A model generated the notes under the pieces. The model made no database searches. It was not told the origin of the DNA and was given only the letters and a program-made list of their open reading frames with translations. From an uncultured bacterium (GTDB taxonomy: Bacteria > Actinomycetota > Actinomycetes > S36-B12): a stretch of 36,261 nucleotides of DNA. This document shows, piece after piece, positions 9,801 to 18,250 of this stretch (position 1 is its first letter; each line of letters starts with the position of its first letter). Location: contig CAITYI010000221.1 in NCBI GenBank assembly GCA_903896585.1, positions 1 through 36,261 of the forward strand, given 5' to 3'. Made by a program: the position numbers and the translations under genes.

Positions 9801-9894
9801 TTTCTTGTTTTCTCGTTTTTACTTTTCTCGTTTCTTACTTTTCTCGATCTTTATTTTTTTCGATCTTTACTTTTCTCGATCTTTACTTTTCTCG
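9801..9894. repeat. Six-copy 15-16 bp tandem repeat in the mraZ-rsmH intergenic spacer
   Basis: Plus-strand units each end in tcg: tttcttgttttctcg, tttttacttttctcg, tttcttacttttctcg, atctttatttttttcg, atctttacttttctcg, atctttacttttctcg. In the operon sense the unit is CGAGAAAAGTAAAGAT, and stops occur in all three minus-strand frames. Confidence 0.9.
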
Positions 9895-10040
9895 AGACTT
9901 CTAGTGCATCTCAATCAGGTCCCCACCCGCCTTGAAGTATCTGTTCTGGCCTCGGGGAAGTGAGGTCAGAATGCGAAGCGGGCAAAGGCCTGATGGAGTC
10001 ACTCAGACAGTGTCAGCGAGTTCCAGTTGGCGAATTTCAG

Positions 10041-10472
10041 TTAGAGAATTCCAGGAATTACCTCCTCGCTAAGGTCGGAAAAGTTGTCTTCTTGGCCCGC
10101 TAAGTACTGCTCCCAGGCACCTGAGTTCCATATTTCAAGAGTCGTGCCGTTTCCTACAACGATCACCTCACGGTCTAGTCCCGCGTATTCACGTAATGCA
10201 GCAGGAACCATGACCCGCCCTTGGCGATCTGGGATTTCGTCCGTTGCACCAGAGAAAAGCACCCGCAGATACGCCCGAACCGCTGAATCGGACCGGGAGG
10301 CAACGCTTAATCGCTCTGCATATTCGGCGAATTCAGCTGCTGGCCACACCACAATCGAACGTTCCTGACCCTTGGTGAAAACCAATCCGGCCGCTAAACC
10401 CTCCCGGAATTTCGCGGGCAGGACCATGCGGCCCTTGTCATCAAGGCGCGGTGAGTGAGTGCCAAGGAACAT
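10041..10472 (-). CDS. mraZ: Transcriptional regulator MraZ
   Basis: 143 aa starting MFLGTHSPRLDDKGRMVLPAKFRE, with a second SpoVT/AbrB-like half containing DRQGRVMVPAALRE. Strong SD GAAGGAGGGG upstream. First gene of the dcw operon. Confidence 0.95.
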   Translation of the reverse strand: MFLGTHSPRLDDKGRMVLPAKFREGLAAGLVFTKGQERSIVVWPAAEFAEYAERLSVASRSDSAVRAYLRVLFSGATDEIPDRQGRVMVPAALREYAGLDREVIVVGNGTTLEIWNSGAWEQYLAGQEDNFSDLSEEVIPGIL

Positions 10473-10514
10473 CTGTCACTCCCCTCCTTCACACCCCATA
10501 AGTCACATTGGTTT

Positions 10515-10559
10515 CTCCAAGTGACACCACAATACTCCATTTTCCTCCATCGTCAACCA
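10515..10559 (-). promoter_or_regulatory. Putative mraZ promoter overlapped by five TGGWG-type direct repeats at exact 10-bp phasing (candidate MraZ operator)
   Basis: Minus strand reads TGGTTgacga TGGAGgaaaa TGGAGtattg TGGTGtcact TGGAG. The plus-strand complements start at 10555, 10545, 10535, 10525 and 10515. Embedded candidate -35 TTGACG (10556-10551) and -10 TATTGT (10534-10529) with a 16-nt spacer. The array lies 43-87 nt upstream of the mraZ ATG. Confidence 0.5.
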
Positions 10560-10607
10560 TTTGATCACCTTTTTTTACCTGAGTCCTCCACCGCCCTCAT
10601 TCCAGGT

Positions 10608-10630
10608 TCTAGGTGACCGAGTCACCTAGA
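10608..10630. promoter_or_regulatory. Perfect 10-bp inverted repeat (TCTAGGTGAC-cga-GTCACCTAGA) in the mraZ / DUF3048 divergent region
   Basis: Read directly from the sequence. A second short palindrome follows, gtgagc-aggt-gctcac (10631-10646), which contains the GTG start (10639) of the lipoprotein gene. Function unknown: a protein operator or an RNA stem-loop at the translation start. Confidence 0.5.
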
Positions 10631-10638
10631 GTGAGCAG

Positions 10639-11769
10639 GTGCTCACCCGCCCAAAATTGATCGCGAGTACTGCCTGCTTGGTTATGGCCCTCACCATGGC
10701 TAGCGGATGCACCACTAGTTCGACTCCCCAAGAGGGGGAACCCAGCCCGGCGGTGGCCGGCGAATCGGTCAGCGAACCGGTGACCCCTGGTTCAACCCCT
10801 AGCCCCACAGCCGTACCCACCCCAGAACCTTCAATGCCCCAATCCCCGCTGACCGGGCTAGGTCAGGAAAGTCCGCAGCCGGTTCTGGTGGTGAAACTCG
10901 ATAACACCCGGAATTCACAGCCCCACGCTGGGCTCAAGGACGCCGATGTCATTTACATCGAGGAGGTGGAATATGGGATCACTCGTCTAGCGGCAGTGTT
11001 CAGTTCAATCGTCCCCGAGAGAATCGGGCCCGTACGATCTGCCCGAATTACCGATCTTGATCTCTTAAGCCAATATGGCAGTCCTGGATTTGCTTTTTCG
11101 GGAGCGCAACAAAAACTATGGCCTGAGATTACCGATTCAGCACTCATTGATCTCTCGGCAAATAAGGCACCGTCTGACTACGAACGGGATCAAACTCGGC
11201 GGGCTCCGTATAACTACTTTTTCAATGGCAAATCTGCTCTCAAGACTCGCGATGACATTTCCGTCGACCGCGATATTGGATTCACGTTCTCGGAGGAAAT
11301 ACCGCCCAACGGGATTATCAACGAATCAGCTCATATTGAATGGAGCTACTCCAGCGCTAGGTTTGCCTACGACCCAATAAATATGAAATATGCAGTCAGA
11401 CTCAATGGTGAACGAGCAAAATCGGAAGAGGGTGATGGCCTTCAATGGGCAGACACCGTCGTTATCCAACTGGTGAAACAGCGGCCTTCTGCATATTTTG
11501 ATAGAGGAGGGGGCAACACTCCACACGCGGACACTATTGGGCAAGGCACAGCTGTAATCCTGAGAAATGGCATGTCATTTGTGGCGAATTGGTCACGTCC
11601 AGACGCAGACTCAGGCACAACCTTTATGAACGAGTTCGGAAATCCCATTCCGTTCAAACCCGGACAGACATGGATTGCCCTCTTTGACAAAACACGCGAC
11701 GTGAAACTCAAACCCCGAGATAAGCCTGAAGTGTCCGGTGTGATTGCACCTTCACCTAATTCTCCCTAG
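10639..11769 (+). CDS. DUF3048-family lipoprotein
   Basis: 376 aa. Signal peptide with lipobox (LVMALTMASGC), then a Pro/Ser/Thr-rich linker. The core VVKLDNTRNSQPHAGLKDADVIYIEEVEYGITRLAAVF matches my memory of DUF3048. Confidence 0.8.
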   Translation: MLTRPKLIASTACLVMALTMASGCTTSSTPQEGEPSPAVAGESVSEPVTPGSTPSPTAVPTPEPSMPQSPLTGLGQESPQPVLVVKLDNTRNSQPHAGLKDADVIYIEEVEYGITRLAAVFSSIVPERIGPVRSARITDLDLLSQYGSPGFAFSGAQQKLWPEITDSALIDLSANKAPSDYERDQTRRAPYNYFFNGKSALKTRDDISVDRDIGFTFSEEIPPNGIINESAHIEWSYSSARFAYDPINMKYAVRLNGERAKSEEGDGLQWADTVVIQLVKQRPSAYFDRGGGNTPHADTIGQGTAVILRNGMSFVANWSRPDADSGTTFMNEFGNPIPFKPGQTWIALFDKTRDVKLKPRDKPEVSGVIAPSPNSP

Positions 11770-12202
11770 GGGCATCCACGTCAACAACGTGCCGAGAACC
11801 ATCGGGCTGGTACAGAAAAACTGCAAACTGCCCGAAACCTCGAGCTAATGTGCATCCCAATTCCCTCCCCATTCCCCACGCCATGAATCCCGGTTCTCGA
11901 AAAGACCGGTCCCGTGAGAATCCGTCTGCTTCCCAAATTTCGAAATTTGTCCCACGCAGTTCCCGCAGCAATTTGGCATTTGCCCGTTCGTTAGCAGCAA
12001 GGGTGGGCCTTAGTTGACCTGGGTTCCATGCTGTAATCACAACTCCCCCCTGCTTTCGCTGGGTAACGAGGCCGAATAGTTCCTGCCAATCCGAGTCACT
12101 AGATCCAAGCGGTCGCGCCTCTACTAGCGCAGTTTCATAAATGCCATGAAGTTCTTGACGACTAGTGTCCACACGAGCGATAGGGACATCACTTTCACGC
12201 AC
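11756..12202 (-). CDS. DUF3293-family protein
   Basis: 148 aa. ITAWNPG...N...AKLLRELRG...REPGF...FGQFAVF pattern recalled for DUF3293. Its 3' end overlaps the convergent DUF3048 gene by 14 nt. Confidence 0.6.
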   Translation of the reverse strand: MRESDVPIARVDTSRQELHGIYETALVEARPLGSSDSDWQELFGLVTQRKQGGVVITAWNPGQLRPTLAANERANAKLLRELRGTNFEIWEADGFSRDRSFREPGFMAWGMGRELGCTLARGFGQFAVFLYQPDGSRHVVDVDAPREN

Positions 12203-12211
12203 GGTTGGACT

Positions 12212-12949
12212 TTACCCGTGAGTAGGAGTCGGATACTGCGGTGATGCCAATACACAAGTGAAATCGCCTCCCCCAATTGAACGCTTTAGCACCTCCGCGG
12301 TGTACGCAAAAGCATCTCCGCTCGTTGACAGATAAGAATCCGTGACCCTGAGCGACTCTCGGTATTCAGAAACTATCCATCGCTTTATTGAACCGGCCAA
12401 TCCCACTCGCTGAGCCTTGCCTGCCGCTTCCTTGGCACACAAAATATCAATGGCACTCCACCGCGGTATCAAATCGCATTCCTCCGCTGTCAAGGCGCGG
12501 AGTAGCCGACGGACATCGCGATGGGAACGTTCAATATCCACTCCAATCGGGTTCCAAGAGGCCACCCCTACTGCAACGGGTGAGGTGTGTGAAATGGAAA
12601 TAAATATTTGGGCTCCAGCTCCGATCCGAGTCCACTCGGGAGCTCCTGTGGGCCCATAGGAGATGTCCCCCGAATATTCGCCAGGCAGGCCTGAACACAG
12701 CTCCTGAACAGCGGCCCGCACACACGCTTTTCCTGCCGCAGACAGCTCCTCACGGGTTGGTCCCACTAGGCCAATCGCCATGAGGACCGTGTCTTCTGTC
12801 CGAGTCCACTGGGATGCTCCCTCGACCTTCTTCACGCGATCATTGTGGTGTATCCGTTCATGCCCATGCGCTGACATGGCGGAAATTGCTGCGTGACATA
12901 GTTGGTTACCAATTTCTACGGTTTCATGACAACATTTCGTGAACCACAT
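12212..12949 (-). CDS. 4'-phosphopantetheinyl transferase, Sfp/EntD type (start uncertain)
   Basis: Motifs GAPEW...ISISHT, GVDIE and CAKEAAGKA (the W/KEA motif). ATG 12949 has no SD. ATG 12877 would give about 221 aa, a typical Sfp-type length. Confidence 0.7.
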   Translation of the reverse strand: MWFTKCCHETVEIGNQLCHAAISAMSAHGHERIHHNDRVKKVEGASQWTRTEDTVLMAIGLVGPTREELSAAGKACVRAAVQELCSGLPGEYSGDISYGPTGAPEWTRIGAGAQIFISISHTSPVAVGVASWNPIGVDIERSHRDVRRLLRALTAEECDLIPRWSAIDILCAKEAAGKAQRVGLAGSIKRWIVSEYRESLRVTDSYLSTSGDAFAYTAEVLKRSIGGGDFTCVLASPQYPTPTHG

Positions 12950-12968
12950 CTAGATACAGGAGTTTCCA

Positions 12969-15092
12969 GTGGGCGGCACGGTTGAACAGGAGCAAGAGTT
13001 CACCGACGACGCATATCTGCTCCTTCATGCCTTGCAAAGGTACCTTTCCGGACGGCTCAACACAATCCAGTCTGCTCCCTCCACCGGAACGGGGCAAGAT
13101 GATCTTGAGCGTGAGGCCCATGCGGATAATTTGCGATCACAAATTCGATCAGCCGAGGCAGCTGAAAGTCGCTTGTACTTCGGTCGTATTGATGGTGACG
13201 ATAACTCGATTCATCGGATCGGTCGCATCGGGCTACGCACCCCAGACGGTGAAATGGCTCTCATCGATTGGCGCGCACCCAACGCCGCTCCTTTTTACCA
13301 AGCAACAACTGCGGAGCGAATGAACACCACTTTGAGGCGGCGAATTTCCACGAAATTGATTGACCAGCGCAATACGGTCACCCATGTCGACGATGAATGG
13401 CTAAGGGAACCCGGAGAGGGAAGTTATCAAGCAGCTCAGGACTCGGTCACCGCACCACGCGGTGGTCGAATGGCAGATATTTTGGCCACCATTGCCGCTG
13501 ACCAGGATGCAATCATTCGGAGCCCACTTAATCAAGTCACCGTTGTTCAAGGCGGTCCGGGAACAGGTAAGACGGTAGTTGCCCTGCATCGTGCTGCATG
13601 GCTTCTCTACACATATCGAGAGCGCCTCGCCAAAGATGCAATTCTCATTATTGGCCCAAGTGCGGCATTCTTGCGATACATCGACCAAGTGCTCCCCAGT
13701 CTTGGCGAAACCGACATTGTCCTACTCACGCCGGGTCAACTTTTTCCGGGAGTCAGTGCGACTTTGGAGGACATTACTCCGGTCGCAGCCATCAAGGGCA
13801 AAGAAAACATGGCTCAGGTTATTGAACGTGCGGTAAACAATTGGACTGACATTCCCGACCAAGATGTAACAATAGAAACTGAATCGGGGATTTATTTACG
13901 CCTCACTCGATCACAAATTCGCGAAGCCTCTAAATCAATCAACAAACGCTCCTCCTATCACTCGAACCGAGAGATATTTCTCAAGAGGCTGCTCGATCAC
14001 ATGGCTCGAAATCTGGCACACGATCGTGGTGACGAGCAGCCGGATCAGGAAACTCGCGCTGATCTCACCGCGGACTTTATTGATGACCGGCACGTGCGGC
14101 GAGTTCTCAACCTAATGTGGATGCCCACTACTGCCGAGAAAGTGCTCACAAGACTTTACACTGACGCACGCTTCCTCAGTTTTTGTGCACAAGGGATTCT
14201 CTCCAACCTCGAAATCGCACTTCTTCAGCGCGAAAAACAGACCGGTCTCACTCCGTGGCATTGGACTATCGATGACATTCCCTTATTGGATGAATGCGCG
14301 GATCGACTAGGTGAATGGGTTAGACCAAAGGCGCGTACTTATGAAAATAGCGAGTACCGAGAACTGAATATTGGTGACATGCACCGCGGGCATCGGGAGT
14401 CCGGTGGAAACGCGTCAACAGTTGCCGAGAAAGCGTATCTTGACCGCGAATGGGTATATGGACATATTGTTGTTGATGAAGCACAGGAATTAAGTCAAAT
14501 GGCCTGGAGGTCAGTCGCTCGTAGGGCAGTTCGGAAGTCCCTGACCATTGTTGGTGATTTACAACAAAGTTCACACCCAGCTAGCGCTCGAAGTTGGGAT
14601 GTAGCTCTCGAATGGGCTTCAGACAAAGTCGTAATCCACACACTGACAGTTACCTATCGGATAACCACTGAAACTGTAGAAACAGCAGTTTCCCAACTAA
14701 TTGCCGCAGGCGGTACCGCCCCAGATCTTGTCTCAATTCGGCATGGGCAACCCACAACATCAATTGACCTTGCTCCCAGTGAATGGGTCGCATACATCCT
14801 TGACCAGGTGGCGAATCTTGATGGGCGTGCGTGCGTAATTCTTCCGGATCTCGAATTTGCTGAGTTAAAAACGATGTTTAGAAGTCCATCCAAACTCGAT
14901 TTTGGGTTTGGAGACACAGCGCTCGACTCAAGAATCGCTGTCCTGAGCGCAAAGGAAACAAAAGGACTTGAATTTGATGTCGTGTTTGTGTGCGACCCGG
15001 AAAAAATCCGTACTCAAGGAATAAGAGGATCGGACATATTTGTTGCATGCACACGTGCGACACACCGCTTGTATCTAATATCGTCAGATTGA
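12969..15092 (+). CDS. helD: HelD-like UvrD/Rep superfamily-1 ATPase (RNA polymerase-associated helicase IV-like protein)
   Basis: 707 aa. N-terminal RLYFGRID...IGRIGL...LIDWRAPNAAPFYQAT signature, Walker A GGPGTGKT, Walker B VVDEAQE, C-terminal GLEFDVVFV. GTG start preceded by GGAG at 7 nt. Confidence 0.8.
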   Translation: MGGTVEQEQEFTDDAYLLLHALQRYLSGRLNTIQSAPSTGTGQDDLEREAHADNLRSQIRSAEAAESRLYFGRIDGDDNSIHRIGRIGLRTPDGEMALIDWRAPNAAPFYQATTAERMNTTLRRRISTKLIDQRNTVTHVDDEWLREPGEGSYQAAQDSVTAPRGGRMADILATIAADQDAIIRSPLNQVTVVQGGPGTGKTVVALHRAAWLLYTYRERLAKDAILIIGPSAAFLRYIDQVLPSLGETDIVLLTPGQLFPGVSATLEDITPVAAIKGKENMAQVIERAVNNWTDIPDQDVTIETESGIYLRLTRSQIREASKSINKRSSYHSNREIFLKRLLDHMARNLAHDRGDEQPDQETRADLTADFIDDRHVRRVLNLMWMPTTAEKVLTRLYTDARFLSFCAQGILSNLEIALLQREKQTGLTPWHWTIDDIPLLDECADRLGEWVRPKARTYENSEYRELNIGDMHRGHRESGGNASTVAEKAYLDREWVYGHIVVDEAQELSQMAWRSVARRAVRKSLTIVGDLQQSSHPASARSWDVALEWASDKVVIHTLTVTYRITTETVETAVSQLIAAGGTAPDLVSIRHGQPTTSIDLAPSEWVAYILDQVANLDGRACVILPDLEFAELKTMFRSPSKLDFGFGDTALDSRIAVLSAKETKGLEFDVVFVCDPEKIRTQGIRGSDIFVACTRATHRLYLISSD

Positions 15093-15376
15093 TCCATCTT
15101 CCAAATTTCATCAGTTTACTTATTTCACTAAACATCTTTTTTCACACTGACAGCAATTACTACTAACTGTTTACACGTCAGTTCCCTTGATTGAATTATC
15201 AGACTCGACTCGCATAACCAGGGAGTCACCGCACCGCTTAGCATCGCTTTTGCTAAAGCACGAAAATTACACCTAGTCGCTGCTTTGAAAGTTGATGCCC
15301 TCAATTTATTGAGATTACGGTTTTCAGGGATATAAATTGACGGTTTAGTTTACCTTAGTTGAAACCATTATTGTGC

Positions 15377-15916
15377 TTACGCATTGGTGTCCTGGTCTTC
15401 GACGGACACCAGTGGAGTCCAATCAAAAACTACCTGCGTTCGCAGTATTACATCCTGCACGGAATGGTTTTTTCTATTAACGATTGCCCAAGCCAAACCA
15501 ATGGGGAATATAACCGAGAGCAGAGAGCGGGCGGCTGATCTGCCAAGGCGAAGGGGCTGACCCGAATTAGCTTGAACTCTCAAGCCCATCAAGACATTTC
15601 CCAGAGACTTCCCACCCGTAGCCCAACTCCACGTCCAATAAGCCCACATCAGGAAATACCCGACAGCCAGCAACGGAATGCCACTCAGCTGGGGAATGTC
15701 ATAAAAGACACCCAAGACATAGCGCAATGCCACCCAAATTCCATATGCACCAGCTAGTAATACAGCAATGAGAGCCATGTCAATAAGTACCGAGATGAAT
15801 CGTGAGGTAAATCCAACCGTCTTCCCCTGAAAGGGGCGAGCGCGGTTAGGGATCACATTGAAATGAGCAACTTCGCCACTTTTGAAGTTAGCACGGAACT
15901 GCTTAAAACTTGTCAT
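15377..15916 (-). CDS. RDD-family membrane protein
   Basis: 179 aa with three hydrophobic helices. RDD-like pattern: SRFISVLIDMAL..., GKSLGNVLMGLRV, HSVQDVILRTQVV. ATGA overlap with the upstream gene at 15913-15916. Confidence 0.75.
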   Translation of the reverse strand: MTSFKQFRANFKSGEVAHFNVIPNRARPFQGKTVGFTSRFISVLIDMALIAVLLAGAYGIWVALRYVLGVFYDIPQLSGIPLLAVGYFLMWAYWTWSWATGGKSLGNVLMGLRVQANSGQPLRLGRSAARSLLSVIFPIGLAWAIVNRKNHSVQDVILRTQVVFDWTPLVSVEDQDTNA

Positions 15917-16431
15917 GATTGATCAACCTTGGTACTGACCTCCAAATCTTGTGTCTTATTTCGAAATAAGACTTTATCAACAACACTAGATATGAAGTTG
16001 TCCGTTTCTATCGCCTGAAATCGTAAAAGGCCCAAGATGTTATCGGCTACGCCTCCGGTACTTTCGCGGACTAGAGCTGGAAGGTCAATCTCTTCAATCA
16101 CATAATCGGCGATCTCCGCCATTGGAATTCGATCAAGTATTGGTTCAATATTGGCCCGGGCAACTATTGCATTTATGTCTACATGTTGAATAACAATTTC
16201 AGTAATATTCACGCGAGAGACAACCGCATTGACGGTAATTGGTACAACGGCATCTAGAAATGCATTTAGTGCACTCTTGGATACTTGAGAGGCAAGTTGA
16301 ACGCATGTCTCGGTGGAATAACGCGCCAACCCCAGAGCCCCTTCCACGGCGTTCACCGTGCCTGAAACAACCGGGTAGAGAGATCCCGCACTCAAGAACA
16401 AGGAGCCGTCAATCTCTATCTCTTCTTCCAT
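15913..16431 (-). CDS. Hypothetical acidic protein with about five degenerate 10-residue (V/I)xxx(V/I)(D/N)(I/L)xx(I/L) repeats
   Basis: 172 aa containing VVSRVNITEI / VIQHVDINAI / VARANIEPIL / DRIPMAEIAD / YVIEEIDLPAL. Translationally coupled to the RDD gene. I recognise no family. Confidence 0.6.
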   Translation of the reverse strand: MEEEIEIDGSLFLSAGSLYPVVSGTVNAVEGALGLARYSTETCVQLASQVSKSALNAFLDAVVPITVNAVVSRVNITEIVIQHVDINAIVARANIEPILDRIPMAEIADYVIEEIDLPALVRESTGGVADNILGLLRFQAIETDNFISSVVDKVLFRNKTQDLEVSTKVDQS

Positions 16432-16465
16432 GAGGACATCATGCTCTAGGCGCTAGGATCCTGAC

Positions 16466-17701
16466 ATGGCCGTCCTGAGAATGTCGACCATTATTCTGGT
16501 GGCAATCCTCGCTGCGACTGCAATGGTATGCATCGCCATCATCTCTAGTAATGCGTTGAAAACCGACTCGGAGCAATCAGCACTTACAGCGTTTTACACG
16601 CCTCCAGAGCTTTTCGAAACAACACCAGGAACTTTACTCCGGCTCGAGGCGTTAGGTACTGAAGTAGCGGGAGCGCATTCATATCGCATGCTTTATGTGA
16701 CCGAGGATGGTCAAGGCAATGCTGCGGTGGCCAGCGGCATGGCTTTTGTGCCGGTTCAGAATGCGACTACTCCCCGACCCATGGTGGTGTGGGCGCACGG
16801 AACAACGGGACAGGGCTATTCCTGTGCACCCTCACGCTCAGCTGAACCGCTCTCGCAACTGTCCGAGTTCATTCCTACTGCGATCACCCGAGGGTGGGCC
16901 GTGGCTGCACCGGACTACCTGGGACTCGGCACTCCGGGACTGGAGCAGTATCTGCTCAAGGAACAGGAGGTTCGGGACACGGTGAACAGTATCCGAGCAT
17001 TGCAGGCGATTCCGGGGTCCGAAACGGGGAACAACTTTGCGGTTTTCGGACATTCACAGGGTGGTCACACCGCTTTGTGGACTGGACACCTGAGTAAGCA
17101 ATTTGCTCCTGAATTAAATCTTGTAGGCGTAGCAGCCTCAGCTCCCGCAGCAGAATTGACATCGATCATTGATCACCAGTGGAATTCAGTGGTTGGCTGG
17201 GTGATTGGACCCGAAGTAATGCGCTCGTGGCCGGCCGGGTATCCCAATCTCCCGGTCGATTCTCTATTAACAAAGGCTGCGCAGAATAATTACCAACGGA
17301 TGGCCCAAGAATGTATAGCCGACGCCGCGGTGGAGGGACAGATCCGGCAGGAGTTATTCAATGAAAGTTTTTTTGTGGAGAATCCGGCGAACGATCCAAT
17401 CTGGGCACTGGCATTAGCTGATCAAACTCCACCACCGTTCCCCGCAAATTTACCGCTTATGTTGGTTCAAGGAACAGCTGATCAAGTCGTGCTAGCCGGA
17501 CCTAATGCGGACTTACAGGAGTCCTGGTGTGCCTCCGGATCGACGATAAATGCATTGTGGTTAGGGGGTGTGGACCACCTCAAGGCGGCTCAGGTGGCCG
17601 GACCCAGCGTTACCGCGTGGCTCGCAGGCCGATTTGCCGGTGAAACCCCACCCAATACTTGTAACGAACCGCCGCCGCGGAGTCTGATTACTGTGCAGTG
17701 A
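16466..17701 (+). CDS. Secretory lipase-family (LIP-like) alpha/beta hydrolase with an N-terminal membrane anchor or signal
   Basis: 411 aa. N-terminal hydrophobic stretch IILVAILAATAMVCIAII, nucleophile elbow GHSQGG, and overall resemblance to actinobacterial secretory lipases. Confidence 0.75.
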   Translation: MAVLRMSTIILVAILAATAMVCIAIISSNALKTDSEQSALTAFYTPPELFETTPGTLLRLEALGTEVAGAHSYRMLYVTEDGQGNAAVASGMAFVPVQNATTPRPMVVWAHGTTGQGYSCAPSRSAEPLSQLSEFIPTAITRGWAVAAPDYLGLGTPGLEQYLLKEQEVRDTVNSIRALQAIPGSETGNNFAVFGHSQGGHTALWTGHLSKQFAPELNLVGVAASAPAAELTSIIDHQWNSVVGWVIGPEVMRSWPAGYPNLPVDSLLTKAAQNNYQRMAQECIADAAVEGQIRQELFNESFFVENPANDPIWALALADQTPPPFPANLPLMLVQGTADQVVLAGPNADLQESWCASGSTINALWLGGVDHLKAAQVAGPSVTAWLAGRFAGETPPNTCNEPPPRSLITVQ

Positions 17702-18239
17702 GCGGACCAGTTTTAGCTTCAGGAAAATAATTCTGGCCAATCCCACTTGTTCGCTTCGGCACCATGACCGAGCGGAACCATGAAACAATTTCATCGCCTT
17801 CTTGATTGAGTCCGCGAGTTTTCATACGAATGATTCCCATTTCAGGGCGGGATCCGCTTTCGCGTTTCTCCAAGCAAATGCTCTCCGCATAAATTGTGTC
17901 TCCGATATACACCGGATGAGTGAGCTTGATATCGGTCCAGCCAAGATTGGCAACGGCATTTTGACTCATGTCAATTACAGATAAGCCAAGAACCAACGCG
18001 ACCGTCAGCCCTGAGTTGACAATTATTCGGCCTTGGGTAATTGGGTTGCTTTCAGCCAAATGCGCATTGAAATGGTTTTGATTGGTATTGCACGTCAGCA
18101 AGGTAAACCACGTGGAATCAGCTTCACTGATGGTTCGGCCGAATGGATGCTGATAGGTGGTGCCCACCTCAAAGTCTTCGAAAAATCGACCTAACTGCGC
18201 AGGGATAACGGGGGTTGTTTCCCCAGATTGGTCAGCCAC
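17688..18239 (-). CDS. MaoC-family (hot-dog fold) dehydratase
   Basis: 183 aa. FEDFEVGTTYQH...RTISEADSTWFTLLT...H pattern typical of MaoC-like enoyl-CoA hydratases. 14-nt convergent overlap with the lipase gene. Confidence 0.8.
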   Translation of the reverse strand: MADQSGETTPVIPAQLGRFFEDFEVGTTYQHPFGRTISEADSTWFTLLTCNTNQNHFNAHLAESNPITQGRIIVNSGLTVALVLGLSVIDMSQNAVANLGWTDIKLTHPVYIGDTIYAESICLEKRESGSRPEMGIIRMKTRGLNQEGDEIVSWFRSVMVPKRTSGIGQNYFPEAKTGPLTAQ

Positions 18240-18250
18240 TGAAGATATAT

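Noticed and set aside
9801-9894. CRISPR array, IS element, integrase, tRNA or rRNA genes anywhere in the window
   Set aside because: The only arrays are head-to-tail tandem repeats of 14-16 bp without spacers: 9801-9894, 31416-31458, 8519-8570 and 20852-20896. I saw no terminal inverted repeats flanking a transposase-like ORF and no tRNA-like T-arm/acceptor patterns by eye.
9691-9963. Plus-strand ORFs 9691..9963 and 9698..9904 (Phe/Ser/Leu-rich)
   Set aside because: These stop-free frames are created by the T-rich strand of the 16-bp tandem array. The products are low-complexity FSRF/LLFS repeats, the longer ORF starts with TTG, there is no SD, and both are antisense to the dcw operon.
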